This document shows, one piece after another, positions 1-14,689 of a stretch of DNA of 33,396 nucleotides. Origin of the DNA: Basidioascus undulatus (taxonomy: Eukaryota); NCBI GenBank assembly GCA_000826855.1, contig JTLS01000084.1, positions 1 to 33,396 of the forward strand, read 5' to 3'. Position 1 is the first letter of the stretch. Each line of letters starts with the position of its first letter. Both the position numbers and the translations under genes were made by a program. The notes beneath the pieces were generated by a model. That model saw only the letters and a program-made list of their open reading frames with translations. It searched no databases and was not told the DNA's origin.

Positions 1-2
1 CT

Positions 3-467
3 GTTGCCTCGTCCGCGACGCTGCCCGCCCTCCCTCTCGAAACTCCCACCGGGTCGACGGCCTCCTTGGCCAAATTCCGCAACTTCACCCCGCGCCCGTC
101 CTCTTCGAGCGCCGCCCCGCCCGCCGCAGCGCCCGCTCCTCGTCCTACCCCACCACCTTCCTCCGAAACCCAACCATCTCAACCACAGCCTTCAGTCTTC
201 AACCACAGCGGCGCCTCCACCACCGGCATCCCGCACGTCTCCGTCCAAGCCGACCGCGCAACCGGCGCCGTGTCGCCCAACGGTGGCGGCGGCGAGGCGG
301 CCGTAGGAGAGTTCGACTCGCGTGTGGCCGCCCCAGCCACCCACTCGAACGGAGCGTCGGCGATTGCTGGGGCAGTGAAGGCAGAGGATCAGAGCGGGAT
401 GGTGGAAGGCGTGTCGGGGATGTTGGGCACGATGCCGGGCACTGGTGGGACGGCGGTGTGCTCTTGA
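3..467 (+). CDS. 3' end of a gene truncated by the window start; Pro/Ser/Ala-rich low-complexity C-terminus, function unknown
   Basis: Frame is open from position 3 (VASSATLPALPLETP...AKFRNF...GGTAVCS) to TGA at 465-467. Codons are GC3-rich like the other genes, and a T-rich 3'UTR-like tract follows. Confidence 0.6.
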   Translation, partial: VASSATLPALPLETPTGSTASLAKFRNFTPRPSSSSAAPPAAAPAPRPTPPPSSETQPSQPQPSVFNHSGASTTGIPHVSVQADRATGAVSPNGGGGEAAVGEFDSRVAAPATHSNGASAIAGAVKAEDQSGMVEGVSGMLGTMPGTGGTAVCS

Positions 468-1171
468 ACGTCGGCGCGGGAGCACGAGTAAGGAAGGGAG
501 GGACACGAGGCGTCTTGGTGTTTCGACCGTTGACTTTCGTTCTTGTTCTCGTACTCCCATATCTGTGTGTTGTATTATATGCGCCTGCAACCTATTTTAA
601 TGCTTGCTGCTTCTCGACAGCCTGCGCTTAGCCTGAAGCCCGGTTCTTTTTTTTTAGCACACGACTGTAACTGAAAAGCGAGTTGTTGGCCAACAGCGTA
701 AGACTTCGAATGATGTTCTGCTGAACTTCGACGATCGCAAAAGCACCAGCACGCCGAGATAGGAGGAACAGGCGGTGCAGTCACGCTCGCTGTCAAAGCA
801 GACGAAGGTGGTGACCTGTCTGACAACCCGACTCGGGAAAGAGCCTTCTTCTTCGTAAGCCGGCCCTGCTGGGGGGACTTCCAGGCGCAACAGGGGCTCT
901 AACGACTAGCGCAGCGGCGACAGGGGTGTAGGAGCGGCGGAGGGGGCTTGAAGGGGCCTTTGGCGTGCTGTACTCCCCTTACCCGGCTTTGTTGCAATGG
1001 TGTATTGTGGTTATGTTGTTTATTTTACGTTCTGCCTCCTGTTCCAGTGCCTGTACTTGTTATTATAAAGGTTGCGGGGTATTCGACGAAGATTGCACGG
1101 TCTGTCGCTCTTGAACGTGCGCGCGCAGCCTCTTGAGCTCTTCCTCCCATCAACATCGCAACACCTCTCCA

Positions 1172-1920
1172 ATGACGACCCCGACCTCCCCAATGAGACT
1201 TGGATACACATATTCTCCCTCGTCATCGAGGGCTACGCTCAGCAGCGTGCGAGGCGGAGGGCTGTGCGTCCACACGTGTCCACACTGGTGGCCACCAGGG
1301 CGTCCCGGCCCTTCGTCGACGCTCTGGGCTACTTCTGGGTATTCATACCTAATTCTATCTAGAATTCTTAGGTCTTATATTGGCTAATTCTCCAGCACGG
1401 TGCTAGGCTTTGCGGTCCAAGTCGGTAAAGTGGTAACTGCAATGCCGTCCTCACTTCTCCTCCAAACCGCCCCTCGAACAGCCAGATTCTGACGCGTCAG
1501 GTTCTATTTTTTTTGCAGTTACCCTTGTGCTCCCAGATCCACTTCCTTCTCCAGTACGCCCTTATCCTAGCCGTCTTCGGGCGTGCGTGATGGCGAAGAA
1601 AGTAAGAAAGGCCTGAAATCGACAGCCGGCCGTGGACCCGCGGTCAGTGTGCATGTTTCGCCAGATCATCCCCATAAAAGTATCGAGCCAGCAACCGGCA
1701 TATTTCCTTAGATATAAGTATTTTGGGGAAACATATGGATCTCGATGCAGTGGGTAATGCCGAAGCGCCTGCTCTTCCAGGACTACGTCTGCTTTCACTG
1801 GGGAAGCACCCGACGCTTCCGAATATTCCAGCTCTCCATGTAGATTGTGTTCAAGGTTGCTACCTATCAGGAATTTGTATATCCTTTCCGGTGTATGAAG
1901 AAATTGAGAAGTGTCCCTGA
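1172..1920 (+). pseudogene. F-box-like gene remnant
   Basis: ATG at 1172 (MTT) is out of frame by 1 nt with DLPNETWIHIFSLV starting at 1183, an F-box-like LPxE-h-h-x-x-IF motif. The frame then has several stops from 1360. The 3' limit is uncertain. Confidence 0.45.
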
Positions 1921-2080
1921 TACCTACTGGCTGGCGATCATGTTAGGGTTACGTCGAGCGACGGCGGTGACGTCGCGGTTGACGCGTCCTCGCCTAGCCT
2001 CGCCCTTCTCCCTTGGCCGCCGATCTTGCTCGCTCATATTCCTCTCTTTCTTTTACCACACACCCTCTAAATCCTACAGG

Positions 2081-3771
2081 ATGTCTGCCTCAATGGCTGT
2101 CGATTTGAATCCGACGGCGTACCTCGCGGCGCTCAAGCACGAGGCGCCCGCAGAGCTCCAGCCGCTCCTGGACCATCTGGCCACGCTCTACGACAAGAAG
2201 TACGCCGAGACGTATTCCGAGCATCGCTTCGCTGGATTCGGATCTGATTATGGTCTTCTTTCATCAGGCTGTATCATCAGCTCACGCTCGCTCTCCAAAC
2301 TTTCGTCGGGCATCCCCAGAGCGGCCCGTTCCTCGTCGGCCTCTGGGAGAGCTTCATCTCGCCTTTCAAGGACAGGCTCAACCAGCTCCGTCTGGTTGAG
2401 ATTGGGGTTCGCGTCGCGCATGAGCTTGGTGAGCACTCCGAGCTATTCAGCACGCCGCACTTCAGATGACTGAACCAGCTGTGGCTGTCTTCCCCAGAGC
2501 CCACCCGCGCACTCGAGTTCCTCAGCGCCCTCCTTTCCTCCCTCCCGGTTCCCCCCTCCGCCGCCACGCCCTCCACCAAGCCGCCCCCCGCGCCCACCGC
2601 CGCCGACAAGGACGAGCAGCTGCCGACGAAGACCGAGATCGAGGCGTTCGTGCTCGCGCGCATCTCGGTCGCGCACTACAGCCTTCTCCTCGGCGACCTG
2701 GACGAGACTAAGAAGGGCATGGACGTGTGCGAGCGCGTGCTGGACTCGGTTGACGGCGTTGAGCCGAGCGTGACGGGCGCGTGGCTGCGCGTGAGCGGGG
2801 ACTACTACAAGGTGCGTTGCGGTTGCGGACCGAGCTGGCGTGTTGAGCATCGGGCGGTGTTCACGTCGTTGTGGTGGTGGTGCTGCAGGCGAAGGCGGAA
2901 TACGGGCCGTTTTACCGGACAACCCTCCTCTACCTCTCCTGCATCGGCCTGGACGACCTCTCCGCAGACGAGCGCGTCAGCCGCGCGCACGACCTCTCCC
3001 TTGCCGCCCTTCTCGGCGAGACCATCTACAACTTTGGCGAACTCGTGAGGCCTCCCTTCGCCGTACTAAAAACCACATCATCTGACACTACTCCACATAG
3101 CTCACCCACCCCATCCTCGACTCCCTGAACGGCACCGAGTTCGAGTGGATCAAGGGTATCCTGCTCACCTTCAACGCGGGCGACATCGGCCGCTTCGAAG
3201 CCGCCGTCCCGAACTTCCCGCGCGAGGTTTATCTCCCACCATCTCAGTCCCCCTCCCCCTTCCTCCCTCTCGCTCACTGTTTCACATCCTCCCCTTCCCC
3301 TTCCCCCCGCACCCACAGCCAATCTTGCAAGAAAACCACCCGTTCATGCGGCAGAAGATCTGCCTGATGGCTCTCATCGAATGCGTCTTCCGGCGCCCGT
3401 CGCACGAGCGTCTCTTGCCATTCTCGACCATCGCGGCCGAGACGAAGCTCCCGCTGGACGAGGTCGAGCACTTGATCATGAAGGCGCTGTCGTACGTCCC
3501 CATCCCCCTTCCGCCTCCCTTCTCCCTTTCCGTTCCCTTGCCCCTTCCCGCCCTTCCCGGTCACGCTGACGCTCCGACCGCACGCAGTCTGAAGCTCGTC
3601 CGCGGCTCGCTCGACCAAGTAGACAGCACCGCGACGCTCAACTGGGTCCAGCCCCGCGTGCTCGACAAGACGCAGATCGGCGCGCTCGCGGGCCGCCTCG
3701 GCGAGTGGAGAGATAAGGTCAAGGGCCTCGCGGACGATGTGGGCGGGCAGACCCCGGGGCTGTTTGCTTGA
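2081..3771 (+). CDS. RPN9: 26S proteasome lid subunit Rpn9/PSMD13 (PCI domain), 7 exons
   Basis: Spliced model with six GT-AG introns: MSASMAVD...LYDKK|LYHQLT...AHDLSLAALLGETIYNFGEL|LTHPIL...MRQKICLMALIE...EVEHLIMKALS|LKLVRGSLDQV...WVQPRVLD...GLFA*. These motifs are characteristic of Rpn9. Confidence 0.95.
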
Positions 3772-3954
3772 TTGATTGATGGAATGCATGGAATGAGGGC
3801 ATTATTGAGGGTGATTTGGTGCTGCGCAGTGCTGGGTTGGTGTGCGGGCTGCGGGTCTTGGTGCGCTTTGGGGGTCGGAGAGTAGGAAGCACGTCCCTTC
3901 AATAGCGCGACAAACTAGTCTGACGTCTCTAAACGAAGCATCCAAAGTGGAGTC

Positions 3955-4206
3955 GCACATGTCCAACCCTAGGCCTTTCGCAGCGAAGAAGGCAGACCTC
4001 ATCATGTCCGTCCTGAGGCGCTTCGCGACGTCCCTGTCCTTGCCGCTGCCAAGACGCACGAACATGATCCCATTCGCGATGAGGGCGCGGGCAATGACTG
4101 CGAGGGAGAGAGACTTAACTAACGCAGCGACCCAGGACGCAAACACAATGCTCATGCTGCTGCCACCTTGCTCGGGATGCAGGAGTAGGTGGCATAGGAG
4201 GTCGAT
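3955..4206 (-). pseudogene. Isolated exon fragment resembling the C-terminal helicase lobe of a SNF2-family (Irc20/SHPRH/Rad5-like) protein
   Basis: After a CTAAC branch and CAG acceptor (4209-4207) the frame reads IDLLCHLLLHPEQGGSSMSIVFASW...LAVIARALIANGIMFVRLGSGKDRDVAKRLRTD...KGLGLDM. This resembles KIDxL..HLL...KSIVFSxW..L.II..AL..NGI.FVR....AKRF.TD. The rest of the gene is not seen. Confidence 0.5.
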
Positions 4207-5293
4207 CTGAGGGGATGAAGGCTTGTGTTTGTGGACGGTTAGCGCAGGCGATGGGAAACCCGCCGGCTGGCGGAGGGCCAGGGCAGGATGACTGGAAAAC
4301 CCGCCGAAGATCTGGAAGGCGCCCTTGCTGAAAAATCTCTGGAGCTCGAATCCAACGGTTGAGCCTTATTCACTGTCTGCCCGCCCCAACGGCGATGAAG
4401 CTGGCAACAAACAGGGGGGTTGACAAGGGCGACTTCATCGCGAAAGGGGTGTGACCGTGGTTGGCAGCTCAAGCTGAAGGACGAATTGGCTGACCTTTTC
4501 ATAATTCCTTGTGCTGCAGTCGACGATCTATTTGCCTTACTCCTTCCCAACATCCACATGCCGCGCTCTCAGCGTACGTCGCCTCCCCTCAATGGCGGAG
4601 CGGGCGCAGACGCCATGGAGGTCGACGACGACGCTGCAGTCGCATCCACATCGTGGCGGGCGATCGCCGGGCCTTCGTCTCGCTCTTGATAGCGGTTGGG
4701 AGACATTCTCGTGAACACTCTACTGCACTTTATCTCTTTCGTCGTCCTTCTTGCCGATTGCGTTCCCGTTGTACTTCTTGATCCCCTCTTTTCGCACCGC
4801 ATCGCAGTCGCTCCTGATGTAGTGTAGAGCTTTGTTCGAACGCACGCCAAACCTGCTGTCGCATTATTCTGCCATGATAATCCATGTGAGGGTTGCATTT
4901 TCGACATGAACATCTTCAGTGCACAGGGCAGTGGCTGGTGGCTCTCGATTTAATTGCTGAGCGCTTGTATCGTCTAGTTTCCGGTGACGAGCTGCGGTGT
5001 ACTCTGGAGACTTTCAGAAACATAATATTTGTGTAATGTGTTCTCAATTATTGAAAGCGACTCGTTAACCCGGTTGAGTAGGTAATTCGCCTCGCGGCAC
5101 TTGCAGCATCGGGACTGCACTGTTGCAGGCAATTCGCGGATATGACAGAGCTGCGTGATGCGCGTTTCTGGGTCAATACTTCTCGTTGAGGAGTAGGATA
5201 CGGGGGCTCTTGTTCTGAGTAGACCATGCTGAGCAGGAGTGCTGCATGACCACATCCGCTCCTGTGTAACTCATGCAGTGGCGACAACGGCTT

Positions 5294-6068
5294 TCAAGTA
5301 GGCGCCCACCAAACCCCCTCTACCTGCTTAGGCAAAATCACCTTCACACCCGAGCCTGACTCCTCCCGCAGAGGTCTCGCTGGCGGCGTGAGCGGGCTGG
5401 GCAGGGAGACCGACGAGCAGCAGGGCAAAGCGGCGGCAAGGTAGTCGGCCTCGGCACGGGGCGGGGGGCTAGGCAACGCATTGAGAAGGACGTCCAGCCC
5501 CTGCTCGGAGTCCTCGTCTCCAGCGGCATGAGCAGGCCAAACGAAAAGATAGACGAGCACCGCACTGCGTGCCACTCGTCCTCAGTCCGGTCGGGGGGGA
5601 TAGGGAAGGCGTTCATCGAGCCCCTCGAGCTTTTCATTGTTGTTGAGGGTGTCGAGAGGGATGAAGCGGTGCGGGCGTGGGCTGACCGTGCCCTTGGGGC
5701 TGGGCGCAACTTGTTCTTGCTCGACAGCGTCGACGAAGGCGAGGAGGTTGTTGACTTGCTGCGGCGTGGCCTTGCAGAGGGGGATGGCGCGGAGGAGGAA
5801 GTGGGCGAAGTCAATGCCGGAGTTGACCGGACTGGGAGAGAGTGACTGGAGTATCGCAAAGCTTGGGAGTTTCTGTGGACCCGCAGTAGAAGATGTTGTC
5901 AGACTGGCTGTTCGGGGTGTGGAAATGGACAGGCTCCCAGGGGGAAACAGTGTCGCACTCTGCCAGGACGTTAGTCACCAGGTCGTTTGGACGAGGTGAA
6001 AGAGTTGGAGTGCGGGACGCGGAGCGGAAAATCATGGTGGCGGTGCGCTTGAGCAAGGAAAAGAGCAT
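5294..6068 (-). pseudogene. Degenerate gene of unknown family (copy A; paralog of 14690-15900)
   Basis: Coding-like frame ...IDFAHFLLRAIPLCKATPQQVNNLLAFVDAVEQEQV...PPRPD*GRVARSAVLVYLFVWP... with an in-frame TGA at 5582-5584 and a frame change near 5830. Homologous to 15575-15670. Confidence 0.55.
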
Positions 6069-6449
6069 TGTGGATGTTGAGCGAGAAGGATATATACATA
6101 CTTCACCCTAAAGCAATCAATTGGGCCTGTCCAAAGGGAACATGTCGATAAGATGAGATGAACAGAGGGATGAACAGCAATGCTAAACATTGCTTTCATT
6201 GTTTGAAGTCCTAGTGGGGTCCCAAGGAGTATATTTTTCCCCAACAGTTGATGCAAAGACCTGAATTTTGCTACCCAGGGCTCCGAAGTGAACTTATTCT
6301 TTTCAGCTGCACCCGGCAAAGCGCCGACAGAACTAGCTGCGGAATGCAAGAGGCACCCGCAACGGTTGCTGGATCCAAGCAGCACGAGCGTGTTCATGAT
6401 ATTATGAAAGATCTGAGTCTAATCCACAACTTCAAACTGCAGTACCTCT

Positions 6450-6876
6450 TCACACCCTCTCCACAGCCGTCCTGAACCAGTCCCACCAGTCCCCCGACAC
6501 CGCCGGCATTGGCGGGAAGCGGTTGCGCGGAGGCATCGTGTACGGTATGGCACTGGAGACATCTTCCGCAGTGAGAATTACCATAGCCGCACCATGCATC
6601 CCTTCCGCAAAGGCTGGGCTCGATTTTCGTCAGAACAGACACGGAGGCGAACCTCCTCGATCGACTGCCTTGGCACACACCCATCTGATGCGTCTCCCTC
6701 AGCTCCATAGCAGTAGCCAGCCCATCAGCGTCAACCATCTTCCCATCCAAATCCGTGTATTTCACAGGCACGACGTTGTAGGATGCAGAGCGAAGTGAAG
6801 TGGGGCAAGCCGGAGGGGATGGGTTGCATGTGTATGCAAAGAACGTTGGAGCGGCCGCGGGTGTGAGGCATAACAT
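6450..6876 (-). CDS. Small two-exon hypothetical protein, or the 3' remnant of a larger gene
   Basis: A phase-1 intron at 6680-6614 (GTGTGT...CTGAC...CAG) joins ...ELRETHQM|AFAEGMHGAAMVIL...GDWWDWFRTAVERV*, stop at 6450-6452. An upstream in-frame TGA suggests the 5' end may have decayed. Confidence 0.4.
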
Positions 6877-7150
6877 GACAAAGAGCGGCTGCGGGTGTGC
6901 GATAGATCACAGGTTGAGGGCTTTCACAGGAGTGCCGATGCCATGTTCACCTCCTCGGAGAGCTGCCCTGCTGCAGACGCGTCGTGTGGGCACATGCCTT
7001 GGGTGTTGACCAGCAGTGCTGGGAGCGGCAGGCGGCTGCCACACCTTGCGATATCTGTTGGTCACCCAAAAACCATTCCAACTGCGTTAGCTATTTAAGG
7101 ATGATACAAAAGCATATGCGCAAAGTTCCCTTCCCCGCACCGAGATCACA

Positions 7151-7170
7151 TGTGTGTGTGTATGTGTGTG
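7151..7170. repeat. Short imperfect (TG)n microsatellite
   Basis: tgtgtgtgtgtatgtgtgtg. Confidence 0.8.
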
Positions 7171-7306
7171 GGTGCTTATCGCCGTCCGTCAACCTCTACA
7201 GACTCATCTGCCGCATCCCGTATCTTGTCCGTAGTCGGCGCAGCACCCCAGCAGGCCAAAGGGCATCTGCCCAGTCTTCTCCACAAGCCGGAAAAATGTA
7301 TGATCT

Positions 7307-9500
7307 CTAGAGCGTTCGAATATGTTCTAAGATGCACAGGTCCCTATGATGACGAAGAAGAGCAGGAGATGACATGGGTTGTTCAGTTTCGAGGCTTGGC
7401 CTGTCCTTCTTCATGTGAAAGGAATCGTACGAATGTGGCCGCAAGATGACAATCCTGTAGTCGTCCTGCCACATCGACCTCATTAGCAAGCAGATCCACA
7501 CAGATTCACGCCAGTTCATCAAAGATGCACATCGGGGTCAATGAAGAATACATATTTATAAAAAGCAGAATGCAGGTCGCGGGTGAGCAGGATTCCATTG
7601 ATGACGGTGTCCGTAACGTTCGCAGAGAGCGCCCGGTCGTAGGACCGGACGTCGCAGGCGAACTGCAAGACACAGATCTTTCATCTACACACAGTTGATG
7701 TGTCAAGACTAGAACACATATGGACACACTACCGAGCGCATGTAACGCGGGTAAATGCGACAACACTCGTGCGAGCTCCAGTCCGCCTAGGTCGGCTGCA
7801 CGTAAGCAGACCTGCCTGAGACCACGCAAACGCCCTCGTCGCGCTGAAGAACGGCGTACCGAAATGCAGAGTCCTGAGGCGGACTCCTCGTGGCTTGAGA
7901 TACTGTCCAGGGAGGTTAACAAGGGTGTGTGACCCACTCATTTTTGTTCTTCTGCGACATGTCTTACATCTCGCGTCTGGCCTTCTGGGTTAAGGCTGAT
8001 CGTGCTCAAGCTGACTGTCAACAAGTCTGTATCGAGTTGCTGGGACGAGAGGTGCGGCTGCCGAGATGAGGAGGGTGTTGCAGCGTGTGGAGTCGGTGCC
8101 GGGGAGTATGGTGGAGTCTGTTATTCCGAAAGGCATTGTGTCGGCGTCATCCCCCAAAATGATGTTTCCTCGGTGCGGGCCATGAATCCCGCCTTTATCC
8201 CCTCCATGTCGCACATGAGTCCATGCAAACTGGTAAGTTTCCCAGCTTCCGCCTCAAAAACCAGAGCGACAGCGGTACGCACCGAGATCGCTACGACCTA
8301 TCCAGTACTGCCCTTCTTCAAGGATCGGCGTCGTTGTCGCGCTGGAGGTACTGGTACCCGCTGTCGGTCTGGCGGACCAATGTCCACTGTCCCGGTTGCG
8401 GGCGGCGAATGTAAGATTGGATCGCTTTGATGAGCTACTTGCAGTTCCAGTATGGGTCCGCGTGTGACTGCCACAAGGCTGCAGGTAGATTTCATTTTTC
8501 ATGTTAGCATAAGAGGCTTGAAACTGAAGGGAACAATACTGACCTCCAACGTGGACGTTGTCTGTCGGAGTGCCGGAAAGCCTGTGAATGCCGACCGTGA
8601 TGTTGCGCATTGGGAGGAACGCTTCGAACGTTTTCTTCTCGGTGAAGAAGGAAGGGGATGTCGTGGGGCGGCGAGAAGAGCTTTGAACAGAGCTACGTTA
8701 CGGCTGAGATGATCGAGTTGCGTAGATGCATCAGAGAGGACTGAGAGAGCGCGAAATGTCATTGCCATACGGTTTGGGCCGGCGGCAGTTTCTGGGTTTA
8801 AACGAATGATTCAGTAACCCTTGTTCGCACACCGAAGACCTTTCAAATGCGCATACGTTGCAAGGACCGGAGCGACCCCTTAGCTTTTCACCGTTTGCCA
8901 TGTCAGCTTCGTGCGACATGAAGAACTCACATCAAGCTTACGAGAAATTTCCTCCCCCGTCTGCTGATCAATAGATTCGAGTTGCAACAGACACTGCATG
9001 CGAAATACCATCACAGATGTCGGCGGTTGACGTTCCTATCAAGTTGGAAATGCAGCGGCTCACATTCCTTATCAATGTAAGTCGTGTGTCGACCAGTGTA
9101 CCGGTGAGTTTTGCAACCTCAATACAATCTCACAAGTCCTGGAGCCATCGGCTGTCATGGGGCACAACACCAACTCCCATCGGGACGCGGTGCAGGTGTG
9201 AGGTTGCATTATGTGGAAGCTCACCCGCGGCCGTCAAGATCCCGCTTGCGTACACCCTTCGTCTTCATGCCGCTCGGATATTAGCAATCCTATAACAAGG
9301 AAGTAGTCAGTTCCTAGACCGTAGCGTTTTCGGGAAGCCAAACAAGCCTACATCGTAGCTCTTCTTGAACCGGTGCATCTTCCTCCGCTGGCACAGCGGG
9401 AAAATTGCCGCAAACCTCAGCCGTGTGGGTGACATAAACACTCAGGGCTGGTGAACGCTGGAGCGCACAGGGGAAGTAGTCAATAGCCCGGGGTAGGACC
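7307..9500 (-). pseudogene. Multi-exon HNH endonuclease (fungal HNH_2/PF13391-type) pseudogene
   Basis: Spliced C-terminal exons read FRYAVLQRDEGVCVVSG...*...HECCRIYP | ...DTVINGILLTRDLHSAFYKYVFFIDPD | DDYRIVIL...SSPALLRHHRDLCILEHIRTL*. In-frame stops lie at 7787-7789, 8121-8123, 8298-8300, 9130-9132 and 9265-9267. The 5' limit is uncertain. Confidence 0.8.
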
Positions 9501-10525
9501 ATACGAGGCCGTGCATGACTTAGATCAGGCGATGCTGCGGCTGGCCGTTGAGGGTACTTTGTGGGAGCAGCGGGGCAGGCCACTTTTACCGTAGGAGCGA
9601 GTGGTACGGTTCGGTGCAGGGTCGAAATGCTGGGAAGATATCTTGTATTTTGTGTAAACTTTCCGATGACCATGCCTTTCATACCTGACTTTCGACTCTT
9701 CAACGTGTGCGTCCCGGGAAACTCGGTGAAGAGTGTGGTCTTCCGCTTGTTTCGTCGCGGCCCGCATCTCAGGTCGGGGCTGGTCTTGAAGAAACCGGGA
9801 GAAGGCAAAGAACGTAAACATTTATATAATCTAATTGCTGTAATATGCAAGAAAGCCTTCAATTGACACGCGGCAGCTCAGGTCAATATGCCGTCGACTC
9901 AGCTGTTGCATGTTTCGTACCATCCATGGAAAAGCTCCAACTTCCGCGCTGCCACCTCATGTCCTACTATTTCTTATGATTTCTACTAGCTGATAATTTG
10001 CGTATGCCAAACCCTCCACTGCCGTGACCCAAGCAACGCGGGCTGACGACCGCCTCAGACGGACCAATCCGCCCGACGACATGCCTACGGTACCAGTCAG
10101 CCCTGCCGGAAACTGAAGCTCCCGACTTGAGAACAACTTGCTTGAATCAACTCCAAACGACTTCATGCATGGACCGCAGCTCGTTCTCGACTGAAGGCGA
10201 TTTACATTGCCTTTGCAATGCAATCGGGACGAAGGCTAGTAGTGCCCCTTGCCCCAAGGACATTGAGGCCTGCTGCTGTGGGCTCCCCTTCTGTCTCCCC
10301 AAATCTATAAAGTTAATCATGTACAAAGTCTTTGCTCTTGTACGCAGCTCAATGAAAGACTGCGAAAAGAGGAAATAGCGATCAAGTCCAATCAAGTCCG
10401 AGGCTGATCGATTGCGGATGTCCGGCGGGGCACGCGCGGCAGCAGGCGGCATGCTGCTGACCCCAGCGGCTTCGTCACTTGAACGTCTTACCTCGTCGTT
10501 GCCGTCTTCTTTCTCCCCGTCCGCC

Positions 10526-12912
<2,387 letters not shown>

Positions 12913-14689
12913 GGGCCATGCGGACCGTAGGAGGGGGTGTAGTCTGGATTTCTTTCTCATGTGCACTTGTTTTCTTGACCTTGAGGCCCAAACATCAATA
13001 CCATATCAATAGAAAGCTTTTCTACAAGGTCTGCGTATGAAGGGGTCTGCGTGCCCGGATCCGAGCTGACCGTGAACCTACCTCCGTCCTTGTTGCGCAC
13101 TGCCAAACTCGGCTTCGCGGTGCACTAGTACTCCCACACGTCACCCTATGGAATCGACAAAAAGGTACCAGAGAAGGCGCAAGTGATCGTCGCGCTTCTT
13201 TTCGCTGGTCGCCCAAAGCGCGGCCTTGACGCGATCTGTTCAGAAATCCCGCTTCTGGGCCACGTCCGCCGCTTCCTCGCCGCAAACGTCAAGCGTCTTA
13301 CCTCAGTTGAAATATTCAAAACAGTTAAAGCATTTTCACCTAGTGGGCGAGCGGTTTGAACCATTGATTTTGGCTCTGCCCTTGTCTGCCCAGTTGGGCA
13401 AACGGCATATGCGTCCTAAGCGTTGGATGCTTGGCACCCAAATGACTTCCGAAAATGTTTGAGCCTTTTTTTTCTTGGGAATATAGGTGATAGACACGCT
13501 ATGCAGGAAGGACATGTCGAGACACGTCGAGCTACCGCACCGACGTGCAGTGTGCCCAGTCTTGCGCCACGCCCCAAGCGATGTTCCAGGCTCGTGGACT
13601 TGAGTTACATAGGCAAAACTTGCCTTCTTTCAGTCAAAACTAATCTCATTAGCTGATTTGGAGGGATCATACTGCTCGTGCTTGTGCTTGAGCTCGAGCA
13701 CGCTGGACCGCCCCCACCGACTCTTACTGCGCATTTCAGCTGTGCACCGCTTCGGCAGCTTTCGCGTGCTCATTTTCATAATATAAACATAAGCATTCCT
13801 ATATCTAAGATTCAAGCTTACGGCCGTCAGGATGCAGCAGTCTGGGCCGGTGCCGTTCGCGAGGCAACGGCAGCAAGCAACCACCCACACAAGGCACGTC
13901 GATATGCAGTGGTATTCTTGCTTAAAATCAAGGCGAAAAATAAAGGATTCAAGAAGCAAACAACGTCATTACAGTATCCTCCCACACGCCGACGCCCTCT
14001 CAGAATGAAGCTGGTGGTTAGGGCGGTTGTCACAAGTCAGCCCAGTCCTTTTTCTGGTCCTCAGCCGGGAGATTGTATCACTCGCTGTATAGGCTTCCAG
14101 TACAGTCGAACAATTTTAGACGAATGTGTTTCTCACTGCCTTATACACTTGCCGTCGTATCTCGATGCTGAATACCTTCAGTTCGCGGATCCGCACTGTC
14201 TCAACCTAGCAAGATCGCTGAACGGATGGTATGAAAATCATTTGTATAATCTGGCTCTGTGAATGTGGTTTGTAACTCTCGTGTGCATGCTGATACACTC
14301 CGCCGACAGTGGTCAACTGTTGGACCCGATGCTCCAATGACAAGAGTCGGGTGACTGGCACAGGACACCATGATCACTCCTTAAAGGCACTGGTTGAAGA
14401 ATTCCCCTTGTCCTGCACCTTCAGAATCAATCTAGCTCTTAAGGAACAATCCAAAGCCTGCGATGTGTCTGACCGTGATTATGTCCTGAAGACCAATTTG
14501 GCGTGTGCATTATTTGTTCCCATAGTGTTGATACGTATGTAACCAACGTCGCTCTCGTTCTCCTTCATGCCTAACGGCCCGTCTGCCACACCCTTCTTTC
14601 CGTAGGAGCGTCCTGGCCGCAAGATGACTGAGCTTCATTGCCGTCGATGTCCGCTGGCGTACACGGTGTCTTACCCTGCGCACGAACTT

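Noticed and set aside
654..890. Short minus ORFs between the first gene and the F-box remnant
   Set aside because: No identifiable motif or consistent splice structure.
1942..1951. GTTAGGGTTA telomere-like motif upstream of RPN9
   Set aside because: Only about 1.5 repeats, not an array; could occur by chance.
5582..5584. In-frame TGA as selenocysteine or readthrough
   Set aside because: No redox motif context, and the same locus has a frame change, so pseudogenisation is the simpler explanation.
9314..9862. 182-aa minus ORF as an independent gene or transposase
   Set aside because: No DDE, reverse transcriptase or other motif; its 3' part may be the decayed 5' exon of the HNH pseudogene.
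13678..14262. 194-aa ORF on + strand
   Set aside because: Non-ATG start, no recognisable motif or gene-like codon bias; probably a chance ORF or an unrecognisable remnant.
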